Source: an uncultured Candidatus Saccharibacteria bacterium (GTDB lineage: Bacteria; Patescibacteriota; Saccharimonadia; CAILAD01; BJGX01). From it: 64,000 nucleotides of DNA. Positions 9,858 to 19,135 of the stretch are shown here, piece by piece (positions within the stretch are counted from its first letter, which is position 1; each line of letters opens with the position of its first letter). Where the stretch lies: the NCBI GenBank assembly GCA_964610335.1, contig CAZSVP010000001.1, positions 351,442 through 415,441 on the forward strand, given 5' to 3'. The translations under genes were made by a program, and so were the position numbers. The notes below the pieces were generated by a model. It saw only the letters and a list, made by a program, of their open reading frames with translations. It had not been told where the DNA came from and did not search any database.

Positions 9858-10970
9858 TTATAACTGCTTGAGTAAGAATTGAGCAATCTGCTGATTTACA
9901 TCTGGGTTGGTGAGAGCGCGGCATCGATTCTGATAACCATCGTAGTCAGCTAAAATGTTGTTGATGGCGGCAGCCAAGTCCTTACTATTCAAACATACTT
10001 CACCAAGGCGGTTCTTTTCCACAAAGAGAGCATTACCAACCTCTTGTCCTGGTATAATCTTGGTGATTATCTGTGGTTTGGCGGCAGTAATGCATTCCAT
10101 AACCGTAGAGCCACCAGCTTTCGTGACTACTATATCACTAGCCAATATATAGTAGGGCATCTTATCACTCCATCCAACAATGTTAGCCAAACGACCGACT
10201 GAGTTTTTTGATAGGCTGTTTTTGAGCGATTGATTGCGGCCGCAGATGACAATTATGCCCCAATCTGGATACAGATTGTGAAGTCGCTTTACCATTCTTG
10301 TAGCAGTGATACTATTGTCACTGGCCGGTAGGTACAAAAAGTTTTTTTTGGATGGGTCTAAACCAGCTTGTTTTAAGAATTTAGATGGATTGAATGACTT
10401 GTTGAAAAACCGTTGGTCTACTGGATAACCAAAGCTATGTAGTTTATTACGTGCTACTCCCATCGAGTGTAAGACTTCGGCACTATCAACGTTCGGTACT
10501 AAGTACTGGTCAACACTACCCATCGTCCAAGATGTGTGTAGTGATATTGTATCTGTTACTAGAGTGACTACTGGTATGTTACCTATAATGGATTTACTAA
10601 GCAGACTAGCTAGGTAAACCCAGCCAGGAGCATTTATTAGGATCAGATCAGCTTGCTTGCCGGCGAAGAACCTATCGAGTCGATCCTTGTTGATTCTATA
10701 ACCAATTCGATTTAGTGCTCGTACCACAGACGGTCGATCAGTGGCATCAAAGAATACCTGGTAAAGAAGGGGTGTATATTTGGACCAATTGTCGTAGGTT
10801 TTCTTGGTAGTTTGGTTGAAATCCGCACCCACCACGTCACCAAAATCAACAATTTCAACCTTTGTCTTTGGTGAGTGCTTTGATAGGGCAGTAGTCACCG
10901 CCTTAGCAGTAGCAATATGTCCATTGCCGTATACTGAACTGAGTATCAATATAGTTTTGCTCATTAACAA
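9858..10970 (-). CDS. GT28/MGDG-synthase-like glycosyltransferase (diacylglycerol glycosyltransferase / MurG-like fold)
   Basis: N-terminal ILSSVYGNGHIATAKAV motif of the MGDG-synthase/GT28 N-domain. C-terminal GT-B nucleotide-binding half. Confidence 0.7.
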   Translation of the reverse strand: MLMSKTILILSSVYGNGHIATAKAVTTALSKHSPKTKVEIVDFGDVVGADFNQTTKKTYDNWSKYTPLLYQVFFDATDRPSVVRALNRIGYRINKDRLDRFFAGKQADLILINAPGWVYLASLLSKSIIGNIPVVTLVTDTISLHTSWTMGSVDQYLVPNVDSAEVLHSMGVARNKLHSFGYPVDQRFFNKSFNPSKFLKQAGLDPSKKNFLYLPASDNSITATRMVKRLHNLYPDWGIIVICGRNQSLKNSLSKNSVGRLANIVGWSDKMPYYILASDIVVTKAGGSTVMECITAAKPQIITKIIPGQEVGNALFVEKNRLGEVCLNSKDLAAAINNILADYDGYQNRCRALTNPDVNQQIAQFLLKQL

Positions 10971-11020
10971 TAAGTATAGCGCTTTTTGTCAGTATACTGT
11001 GAAGCTGCTAAAGTAAATAT

Positions 11021-11761
11021 ATGCCCAATAAATCACCAATTGTTTCTGTGGTAGTACCTACTTTCAACGAACAATCCAATCTCCAAGTATGCCTACAACA
11101 ATTTAATGGTATTGGTAAGGGAATTATTGAATTAGTTGTAAGTGATGATGGTAGTAGTGATGGCACTCTCAAAATTGCCCACAAACTGGCTGATGTGGTG
11201 GTGGAACGACCGAAACACATCGAGCTTCATACTATTGCCCGAAATCGCAATGCCGGTGCTCGCGCTGCCAGTGGCTTGGTGATTGTATTTATCGATGCCG
11301 ACACGATTGTCCGTGATCCGGCAGGATTTATTGAGATTGTCTCTGAACAGTTTGCACAACAATCAAACCTAGCTTCATTGGTTCCGCGTGTGGAAATAGA
11401 GCCCAAACAAGCTAAATTATCAGATCGGTTGGTACATGGCTATATCAATTTTCAGTATCGAGTACTTGTGGGGCTTGGAATGGCTGGAGGTGGTGGCCAA
11501 TGCCAGATAGTTCGTCGTGATGCTTTCAATTCAGTAGGGGGTTATCACGAGGCCTTAACTGCTAGCGAAGATGTCGAATTGATACGCCGCCTCAAGAAGA
11601 TTGGCAAAGTGAAGTTCAGTCCAAGCTTGGTAGTATACGAATCGCCCCGTCGCTACCGTGATCAGGGTTATGTCCGAACCCTGTGGCAATGGTTTGTTAA
11701 CTATATATCCGTCTTATTTAAGGGCCGAGCACACTCCAAACACTGGAAACGAGTGCGTTAG
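11021..11761 (+). CDS. family 2 glycosyltransferase
   Basis: VSVVVPTFNE, SDDGSSDGT, and a DAD DxD motif. Confidence 0.8.
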   Translation: MPNKSPIVSVVVPTFNEQSNLQVCLQQFNGIGKGIIELVVSDDGSSDGTLKIAHKLADVVVERPKHIELHTIARNRNAGARAASGLVIVFIDADTIVRDPAGFIEIVSEQFAQQSNLASLVPRVEIEPKQAKLSDRLVHGYINFQYRVLVGLGMAGGGGQCQIVRRDAFNSVGGYHEALTASEDVELIRRLKKIGKVKFSPSLVVYESPRRYRDQGYVRTLWQWFVNYISVLFKGRAHSKHWKRVR

Positions 11762-12987
11762 TCATCTATTAGTTCTTGATACTGATCAGCTAGCACCTTT
11801 GCCTGTCGCTCGATTGTTATAGATTGGGCTGCCTTATGGGCAGCTTCTTTCATCTCTATCGTATCTTGGGAGAGTATAGTTGTAACCTTGCTGGCGAAGT
11901 CTGTTATGGTCGGCTTACTTAACAAACCTGTTCTATGGTTGATAGTGACAGCTGATATGTCAGGATCACACCATATCATTGGCAACCTCATCATGGCTGA
12001 CTCATTGAGCACAAGTCCCTGGGTATCTGTCAACGATGGAAACACAAACACATCTGATTGGTTCATGGCTGCAAGTACTCGCGCGTGCGATTGCATACCC
12101 ATAAAATGTACTTGCTTGCCTATACCAAGCTCTTCGGCGAGATATCCTAGTTGATTGCGGTAAGGGCCATCACCAATAAGCACTACATGAGTGCTAGGAA
12201 GCTTCTTGGCGACATGAGCAAAAGACCTAATTGCTAGTTCGAGATTTTTTTCCTTACCAATCCTACCTGCAAACAGCACTATTTTGGCATCATCTTTTGC
12301 TAATATAGATTTTCGTAAATCCCAATTAGCTGGTTTCTCGTGTATATCAATTCCTGTTGGTATTACGACTACCTGTGACTTGGTGTGGTATGAGTGTAGT
12401 AGATTAGCAATTTTTTGAGATGGTGCAATTACCAAATCGCAGTAGTTGTGAAAGGTTGTAAGACCATTTTTTAGGAATTGTTTTGTGATCTGTCGAGAAC
12501 CCACAGAGTGGCGAAACTCGACTAAGATATTACGAATGGTTCGCAGGTCTTTTATGAAAAGTAACCCAGCGAAAGTAGCTGGCACCAATCCCCAGAAGAT
12601 ATGTTTGTAGACACTCAGGTACTGCACTAGGTCGGTATGATAAGTGCTAACAATCGGGATGTTGTCAGTTAGGGCTACTCGTAGGCCCAATATACCAATC
12701 TGTGCAGGTGTGTGAATATGCACTATATCCAGATCATATTCGCGTATCTTGTGAATATTGGCTGCAGTCCAAGGAAAAGTATCGCGGTAATCTTCATACC
12801 AGACGCTAGGGATTGAGCGAAATCTTACCACACCTGATTCATGCTTCTTCATACCAATAGGGGCCTGCGGGCAGAATATGGTTACCTCGTGACCGAGCTT
12901 ACGGAGTGCTTTTGCAAATAGATCTACAGATACAGCAACTCCATCAGTTTGCGGGAAGTATCGATCTGTAAAAAAGCCAATTTTCAT
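11758..12987 (-). CDS. family 4 glycosyltransferase (GT-B)
   Basis: C-terminal GT4 signature EKNLELAIRSF...FVFPSLTDTQGLVLNESAMMRLPMI. Confidence 0.85.
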   Translation of the reverse strand: MKIGFFTDRYFPQTDGVAVSVDLFAKALRKLGHEVTIFCPQAPIGMKKHESGVVRFRSIPSVWYEDYRDTFPWTAANIHKIREYDLDIVHIHTPAQIGILGLRVALTDNIPIVSTYHTDLVQYLSVYKHIFWGLVPATFAGLLFIKDLRTIRNILVEFRHSVGSRQITKQFLKNGLTTFHNYCDLVIAPSQKIANLLHSYHTKSQVVVIPTGIDIHEKPANWDLRKSILAKDDAKIVLFAGRIGKEKNLELAIRSFAHVAKKLPSTHVVLIGDGPYRNQLGYLAEELGIGKQVHFMGMQSHARVLAAMNQSDVFVFPSLTDTQGLVLNESAMMRLPMIWCDPDISAVTINHRTGLLSKPTITDFASKVTTILSQDTIEMKEAAHKAAQSITIERQAKVLADQYQELIDD

Positions 12988-14000
12988 GCTTCACCCTCAA
13001 TTATTTTAGTATAAATTTTTGTAATGCTGTTTAAGTAGTGTTCACTACCAAACCGTTCAGCAATGTCTTTGGCCTTCTGTGAGTATTCCTTTTGTAGTTT
13101 AGTGCTTTTTGATAATTCAACCAGTTTACTAGAGAATGTTTTGTCTGTTGCGTATATCACATCACCACCAAATGCGTCCTTGTACTCTGGTATATCCCGA
13201 AGTATTATTGGTAGTCCACAAGCCGCCGCTTCCAGTACTGCAAGCGGGTGATTCTCTTGGTTTGAAGGCAGAACAAATACATCTGCAGCAGAGTAGTACT
13301 GGTAAACTTGTTCAAGGGGGATTACACCTGTAATTAGCAGATTATCTGGTAGGTGAGTCATGTTTTGCTTGTTTTCTTTGCTATTTGCACCGAGCTTTTT
13401 AAATGGCATTCCGCCCACCCAGATAAACTGCATTTTTGGATTGTCTTTAGCCATCTTATGGAATACGTCAAAACGTTTGCGAGGTTGTATTTGGCCAACG
13501 CTAACTACCACGAATGCTGACTGATCTATACCAAGCTTGGAGCGCTTATCATGTTTGCTTCCTGCAGCCTTACGTATCTTATCGATATTGATTGCGTTTG
13601 GAACAACTGAAACTTTTTTGGTAATACCAATATCATGTTTCAAGCTATCAGCCACCATCTGAGAGACCGCAACCACATGGTCTGCTCGTTCATAAAAAAA
13701 GCGTAGATACTTCTCTGAAATTTTGTACCAGTGTTTTGCGCCTTTAAACGATCCTATGAAGGAATCAGGTATAACATGTGCTGTTACGCAGGTATTGTTA
13801 TTTCTGAGTAGCTTGGCAAGGCTATAAGGCCCAACGGTGTGAATGTGGCATATATCGGTTTTTTTGCTACTGTTAACATATACCTGGAAACTATTACTAC
13901 TTCGGAGTGCACTAACATGCTCCAGGTAGGCAGTGTGTACGCCGTGACCTTGAACGGTAAATTCACTCTCTGATATTACATTGACTGATATAGGCTTCAT
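12984..14000 (-). CDS. family 4 glycosyltransferase (GT-B)
   Basis: FVLPSNQENHPLAVLEAAACGLPII (the E-x7-E region). Overlaps the upstream GT4 gene by 4 nt. Confidence 0.85.
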   Translation of the reverse strand: MKPISVNVISESEFTVQGHGVHTAYLEHVSALRSSNSFQVYVNSSKKTDICHIHTVGPYSLAKLLRNNNTCVTAHVIPDSFIGSFKGAKHWYKISEKYLRFFYERADHVVAVSQMVADSLKHDIGITKKVSVVPNAINIDKIRKAAGSKHDKRSKLGIDQSAFVVVSVGQIQPRKRFDVFHKMAKDNPKMQFIWVGGMPFKKLGANSKENKQNMTHLPDNLLITGVIPLEQVYQYYSAADVFVLPSNQENHPLAVLEAAACGLPIILRDIPEYKDAFGGDVIYATDKTFSSKLVELSKSTKLQKEYSQKAKDIAERFGSEHYLNSITKIYTKIIEGEA

Positions 14001-14048
14001 TGCATATATTTTAACCTGTTAATCAAACTAATGCTATGGTGATATAAC

Positions 14049-14076
14049 TTGTAATGCCGCAATATTATGGTATAAT
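14049..14076 (+). promoter_or_regulatory. sigma70-like promoter for ssrA
   Basis: TTGTAA, a 16-nt spacer, and TGgTATAAT (extended -10), ending 9 nt before the tmRNA 5' end. Confidence 0.45.
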
Positions 14077-14085
14077 ATTCCTTAT

Positions 14086-14477
14086 GGGGCTGACTAGCTT
14101 CGACATGTGGATCTTGAAATGTACTGGCAAACCGGGTTGAGCTACACGTTAGCTGGCTCACCAAAACTTAAGTGCCAAATCACTTATGCGCGACCTCGTC
14201 AATGCCGTTAAGGTTAACGAGCTAGCACCAGCTTACGCTTAATTGCGCTAAGCCGTTCAATACCTGACATCAGATAGGGTTGCGAGCGACACTTTTCTGA
14301 TTGCTCTTGGTTAGTCCCTCCATGGCCAAGCTAAGCTGAAGACAGGGGAAGCGGAGTACTGTTTTTGTTTGATCTCTCGATGTACTTTGCTTTTAAAACC
14401 AATCAGATCTGACTATGTTTGTAGAAGGTACATTCAATGCCATGTGGACGAGGGTGCGATTCCCTCCAGCTCCACCA
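14086..14477 (+). ncRNA. ssrA: transfer-messenger RNA (tmRNA, one-piece)
   Basis: 5' end GGGGCUGACUAGCUUCGACAUGUGG matches the conserved tmRNA acceptor/D-arm. 3' end GGACGAGGGUGCGAUUCCCUCCAGCUCCACCA matches the tRNA-like T-arm and CCA tail. An internal tag reading frame ends ...NELAPAYA followed by TAA at 14240-14242. Confidence 0.85.
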
Positions 14478-14508
14478 AAAAAAGATCAGGTAAACTGGTC
14501 TTTTTTTG
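14478..14508 (+). terminator. rho-independent terminator of ssrA
   Basis: Stem aagaucag/cuggucuu (one G-U pair), loop guaaa, then T7. Confidence 0.6.
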
Positions 14509-14565
14509 ATTGTAGGTAAAAGATTTTGACTATATTTTTAGTATCATTGGCGATACAATCCAGAT

Positions 14566-15381
14566 ATGACTATGCCAATAAATATTGTGTTCGTGCGCCA
14601 CGGCCAGTCGGAGCAAAACCTAGCCTCACACAAGTCCAAGGCTGGAGATACGAGTTTTTATACCAAAGAATTTGCTGACCGACATAGCTCACGCCACCGT
14701 CTGACACACAAGGGTCGTGGTCAAGCTGAGGCAGCAGGTAAATGGCTCAAGGCAAACGACATGGAGATGTTCGATCGGCTCATAGTATCAGATTATATAC
14801 GCGCCAAAGAGACAGCTGCGTTGTTGGATTTACATGGCCCTGATTGGTTCGTAGAACCCATGCTACGTGAGCGCGAATGGGGCGAGCTCGACAACATGAG
14901 TTGGGAGGAGCGCCAAGAGAAGTCTAGTACGCTTATGAAACATCGCGATACTGACTCCTTCTACTGGATACCGCCCAATGGTGAGTCGATCGCGCACATG
15001 ACCTTGCGCTTGCGTAACGTACTCGACACCTTACACCGAGAGTGTAGCGACAAGAATGTAATCATAGTATGCCACGGTGAGGTGATGTGGGGATTTCGAT
15101 TCCTAATGGAGCGCATGTCGATTGGCCGCTGGATGGATTTGGAAGCTTCAGACGAACCAGGAGTAAAGATCTTCAACTGTCAGGTATTACACTACACCAG
15201 ACGCGATCCGGAAACAGGCGAGCTAGCCAGCCATCTCAACTGGTTGCGCTCGGTTAGCCCAGCCGATCCAAGCAATAACGGACCAGGCTGGCAACAGATA
15301 GAGCGCCGCAAATATAGCAACGAAGATTTGTTGAATGATGTTGATCAAGTCAAACCACTGTTCCCAGATCATAAAGATTAG
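14566..15381 (+). CDS. histidine phosphatase family protein (phosphoglycerate-mutase-like)
   Basis: N-terminal catalytic RHG motif (VRHGQSEQN) and a downstream His (CHGEV). GC content visibly higher than the flanks. Confidence 0.75.
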   Translation: MTMPINIVFVRHGQSEQNLASHKSKAGDTSFYTKEFADRHSSRHRLTHKGRGQAEAAGKWLKANDMEMFDRLIVSDYIRAKETAALLDLHGPDWFVEPMLREREWGELDNMSWEERQEKSSTLMKHRDTDSFYWIPPNGESIAHMTLRLRNVLDTLHRECSDKNVIIVCHGEVMWGFRFLMERMSIGRWMDLEASDEPGVKIFNCQVLHYTRRDPETGELASHLNWLRSVSPADPSNNGPGWQQIERRKYSNEDLLNDVDQVKPLFPDHKD

Positions 15382-15528
15382 TCCACGGGGGTGAGTTATT
15401 TTTACAACTATACCATATCAACCTGAAAACTCAATTCGCTTGATAGTGAATTTGAATACTCAGGCTGGTGGCCGAGCCTCCAGGATGTTATCCCATAGGC
15501 TCGGCCGACCCGCACGCTTGTTGACAGA

Positions 15529-16437
15529 TCAGACCACACCGACCGGCTCTTGCCCGGTGATCTTGCTGAAGGCTTCGATGTAACGACGACGCGTCAGATC
15601 GAAGAACTTCTGGTCGATTTCTGGCGCAGGCGCTGTCTTGTCCCACTTTCCCTCATCGCAGAGCTGCTGATAGACATCGCGCAGGATCTGCTTGTCGTAG
15701 CTGGGCGTGCTCTGCCCAGGCACCCACATATTGGCTGGCCAGAAACGGCTGCTGTCAGGTGTGAGAACCTCATCGCACAGCACCAACTCACCGTCGATCA
15801 GGCCGAGCTCGAACTTGGTGTCGGCGACGATGATGCCACACGAATCGAGAGCGTGGGCGGCACCACGTCTGTACAGATCGAAGCAGATCTCTGCTCCGGC
15901 ATCGACCAATTCATGTCCGCAGCCAGGGAACTGCTGCTCGATGATCGCGATGGCGTCTTCTATCGAGATGTTGATGTCGTGCTCACCATCTGGCGCCTTG
16001 GTGCTGGGTGTGAAGATCGGCTCGGGCAGCTGGCTGGCCTCGACCAACCCCTCGGGCAGTTGGATGCCACAGAGGTAGCCACCATCGCGCTTGTACTCCT
16101 TGAGCCCTGAGCCGGTCAGGTAGCCGCGCACGATGAACTCGATCTTGAGCATCTCTGCCATCCGCACCAGCACACCTCGACCGTACAGATCGGGGATGTC
16201 GTTGAGCTCAGGTGGGAAGCGGTTCTGGTTGGTGCTGATGTGCGCTCGCGGCACGTTCGGGAACAAATCGAGCCAGAACTCCGTGAACTGCGTCAGGATC
16301 TTGCCCCTGTCGCGTACCCGTTGGGGCAGTACCACATCGAACACACTGGTGCGATCGGTACGGACATGCAGCTGCTGGCCAGGTCCGGCGTCGTAGACGT
16401 CGCAGACCTTGCCTGTGTAGATTGGGGTGAGTGTCAT
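15529..16437 (-). CDS. purC: phosphoribosylaminoimidazole-succinocarboxamide synthase (SAICAR synthetase)
   Basis: N-terminus MTLTPIYTGKVCDVYDAG... Full-length 302-aa PurC-type architecture. Lies inside the high-GC island. Confidence 0.85.
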   Translation of the reverse strand: MTLTPIYTGKVCDVYDAGPGQQLHVRTDRTSVFDVVLPQRVRDRGKILTQFTEFWLDLFPNVPRAHISTNQNRFPPELNDIPDLYGRGVLVRMAEMLKIEFIVRGYLTGSGLKEYKRDGGYLCGIQLPEGLVEASQLPEPIFTPSTKAPDGEHDINISIEDAIAIIEQQFPGCGHELVDAGAEICFDLYRRGAAHALDSCGIIVADTKFELGLIDGELVLCDEVLTPDSSRFWPANMWVPGQSTPSYDKQILRDVYQQLCDEGKWDKTAPAPEIDQKFFDLTRRRYIEAFSKITGQEPVGVV

Positions 16438-16465
16438 CTGATCCTCCTGTTGGTTTGGGTTGAAC

Positions 16466-16969
16466 TCAGTCGGCGTTGATGTCGATGTCGAACTCGGCCG
16501 GCTTGGTGTTGGCCTTGATGTACCTGTCCAACCAATCTCCGACCGGAGCGCTCTTGAGGCGGTACATCTGCAGGCTGGCGATGGCGGCTCCGGTGATGCC
16601 GTGCTTGCCCACGCCGGTCGTGAGCACTGGCACTCCGGGAGCCATGCGCAGACAGCTGTCCAGGCCGAACTGGTCGAGGGGCACTGCGATCACTGGGTGG
16701 CTCATCATGTTGGCACCGGCCAATGCTCCTGGGAGCGCGGCTGCCAGGCCGGCGATACCGATGAAGATCGAGGGCTCGGACGTGGCCAGCTCGTGATCGA
16801 CGAAGGCTTGGAGATCTTTCGGGTTGCGGTGCGCCGAACAGGCGTGGTACTTCACGAACCCAGGGCCGATATCCAGATCGGCGCAGAGCTGGTCGTAGAT
16901 GCTCGGCATCTTCGACTCCTTGATGACAGGCAGGTCGGAATCCTTGCTGCCCATGACGACGTGGATCAT
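16466..16969 (-). CDS. purE: 5-(carboxyamino)imidazole ribonucleotide mutase
   Basis: MIHVVMGSKDSDLPV... and GIAGLAAALPGALAG motifs of PurE/AIR carboxylase. High GC. Confidence 0.9.
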   Translation of the reverse strand: MIHVVMGSKDSDLPVIKESKMPSIYDQLCADLDIGPGFVKYHACSAHRNPKDLQAFVDHELATSEPSIFIGIAGLAAALPGALAGANMMSHPVIAVPLDQFGLDSCLRMAPGVPVLTTGVGKHGITGAAIASLQMYRLKSAPVGDWLDRYIKANTKPAEFDIDINAD

Positions 16970-17064
16970 GGTATCTCTCTTTCAGTTGTCAATTTCGTGC
17001 GGGTCAGCGATCTAACGCTGCGGGTTATTTTATCTGAAAACTACCTAATTGGGTAGCATAAGCA

Positions 17065-17805
17065 TTATTTGCTGTGTTCGATGGTTGAACGGCGACGTTT
17101 GAAATACCGGTAAGTGCTGCGCGGCGATCTGTAAAGCTGGCGCATTTTGACAGCCACTATAAGCTTAGGGTCAAACAGGATTCTGCCACCAGCCTTGTAA
17201 ATTTGAATCGCTAAGTCGACATCTTCGTGGATTGTGCTATCGTCATCAGTAACTTTGGCACGTACTTGCTGCCACATGGCTCTAGTAATTGCCATGTTAG
17301 AGCCCCACAGGGTAGGTGAGCCCATCATTTGCTCTGTTCTGTGGAAGTAGAGCCGTGTATGCAGCCTAGTGATAGTAGGTCGCACAATTTGGTGGAAGTC
17401 GTAAAACTCAGCTGGTCCAGTGATTGCGTCGAGTTTCTTATCTGTAAAGGTACTCGTTACTTGCTTACACCAGCTCGGCGGAAGGATAGTATCAGCATCG
17501 ATGCGCCCAATGATGCTACATTTGGCAGCATTGAAGCCCGCTGTGCGGGCGTGGCCAATGCCTTGTTTTGGTTCGTGAATAATTCGTAATTGTTTAAGGC
17601 CAACATTTTGGGCTACTGCGATGGTATCGTCTTTTGAATTGTTGTCTACCAAAATTACTTCGTCGGGCGGCTGTGTTTGCGCGGCAATTGCGCGCAAACA
17701 CACGCCAATATATTTGGCTTCGTTGTGGGCGGGGATGACGATACTAAGGCTCATGACATTATTGTCGGCGAAGTTGATTACAAAAACAAATTCATTGTTG
17801 CGCAC
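17065..17805 (-). CDS. family 2 glycosyltransferase
   Basis: LSIVIPAHNEAKYI, VDNNSKDDT, and an IDAD DxD motif. Confidence 0.8.
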   Translation of the reverse strand: MRNNEFVFVINFADNNVMSLSIVIPAHNEAKYIGVCLRAIAAQTQPPDEVILVDNNSKDDTIAVAQNVGLKQLRIIHEPKQGIGHARTAGFNAAKCSIIGRIDADTILPPSWCKQVTSTFTDKKLDAITGPAEFYDFHQIVRPTITRLHTRLYFHRTEQMMGSPTLWGSNMAITRAMWQQVRAKVTDDDSTIHEDVDLAIQIYKAGGRILFDPKLIVAVKMRQLYRSPRSTYRYFKRRRSTIEHSK

Positions 17806-17841
17806 ACAAATTTTATGACAAAAATATTTTGGTATAAAAGA

Positions 17842-17873
17842 AGATCAGCCTCGACTTGCGTCTTGGCTGATCT
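17842..17873. terminator. 9-bp perfect hairpin, a candidate terminator between fba and the GT2 gene
   Basis: agatcagcc / ggctgatct with T-rich sequence downstream on the plus strand. Confidence 0.35.
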
Positions 17874-18006
17874 GTTGGAAGAGCTTTGTTTTTGTTTTTG
17901 AGTAATTTATGTGTGCAGCACTGAATTAATGATAACGCTTCAGCTTATGGTCTGTCAACAACTTTTTTGAAAAAAAATCAGACTTTTTTATAAAAACTTT
18001 TGTTTA

Positions 18007-19008
18007 TTATTGTGGAGCCAACTTGCCGCGCCGGGCCAGTGAGTTGGTGTGGAGCCAACGAGCAAACTCTTTTTGTGCGGCGGCGGCGTTCTTGGCTTCG
18101 CCAGCCCATACTTTCATAGCGGGGTCTTGCACGGCACGCGAGAACGAAAAAGTTATGGGCCACGGCTGAGTTCCTTGGCTGTCTATTGCATTGAGATTTT
18201 GACAGGCTTGTTCAGGGCTTTGACCACCACTTAAGAATACTATCCCGCCTAGTTCATTGGGTACTCTTAAGCGTAGTACATCGAGAGTATTTTGGGCCAC
18301 CTGATCTGGTGAAGACTGTTTTTTGGAGTCTTTGCCTGCCAATACCATACTGGTTTTAAGAATTACATTATCCAAATCTACTTTGTAGGCGCTAAGGATA
18401 TCAAATAAGATTCTCAGGACATTGCTGGTAACTTCGGCAGCTTGTTCGATGGTGTGGTCGCCGTCATATAGTATCTCTGGTTCTACAAGTGGAACTAGAT
18501 TATTACTTTGAGCCAGGGCTGCATAACGCGCCATAATATTGAGATTGGCGTGAATGGCAGCCATGCTAGGAAGGGAATTGGCTTGATTTATCTGAAATGC
18601 TGCTCGCCACTTGGTAAAACTTGCCCCAGCAGTAGCATATTTATGTAACCGCTGGTCCAACCCATCTAACCCCTCGGTAATTGTCTCGGGCTCAAAGTTG
18701 GTAAAAGGCACTAGTCCACAATCTACTTTTATGCCGGCAAGGATACCTTGAGAGGCAAGATACTCAACAAAACTCATGTTTTGGTCGTTCTTTTGCCAAA
18801 AAGTCTCGTCATGTAAGATCACACCACTAACATATTGTGCGAAATCAGGTGTTTCAAACAGTATTTGACGATAAGTACGACGTATTTCGGGAGTGGACGC
18901 AATATGTAGAGATTGTAGCCGCCCTGTAGCATTCTTCGGGCTTTCATCGGCTGCCAAGATTCCTTTGGGTTCAACAAATAGTTGTTGGATGGTCTTACTC
19001 ATGTTCAT
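18007..19008 (-). CDS. fba: class I fructose-bisphosphate aldolase
   Basis: GILAADESPKNATGRL motif of class I (Schiff-base) aldolases. Confidence 0.9.
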   Translation of the reverse strand: MNMSKTIQQLFVEPKGILAADESPKNATGRLQSLHIASTPEIRRTYRQILFETPDFAQYVSGVILHDETFWQKNDQNMSFVEYLASQGILAGIKVDCGLVPFTNFEPETITEGLDGLDQRLHKYATAGASFTKWRAAFQINQANSLPSMAAIHANLNIMARYAALAQSNNLVPLVEPEILYDGDHTIEQAAEVTSNVLRILFDILSAYKVDLDNVILKTSMVLAGKDSKKQSSPDQVAQNTLDVLRLRVPNELGGIVFLSGGQSPEQACQNLNAIDSQGTQPWPITFSFSRAVQDPAMKVWAGEAKNAAAAQKEFARWLHTNSLARRGKLAPQ

Positions 19009-19135
19009 AACTGTTATGGTAACACATCAGAACTAGGTTTTTAAACAGTAATTCATGCATTAATTCAGTGTGGCAGCACCGAGAATGCGTATCTAACCGA
19101 GTGATCTACAGGTATAGTACAAGAATTGTACTCAA

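Noticed and set aside
15550-17056. Multiple long ORFs on both strands (15550-16110 +, 15707-16078 +, 16133-16396 +, 16240-16479 +, 16460-17056 +, 16476-16796 +, 15594-15791 -)
   Set aside because: They lie antisense to, or out of frame with, the well-supported purC and purE genes. In about 60% GC DNA, stop codons are rare, so long spurious frames are expected. None has motif or RBS support.
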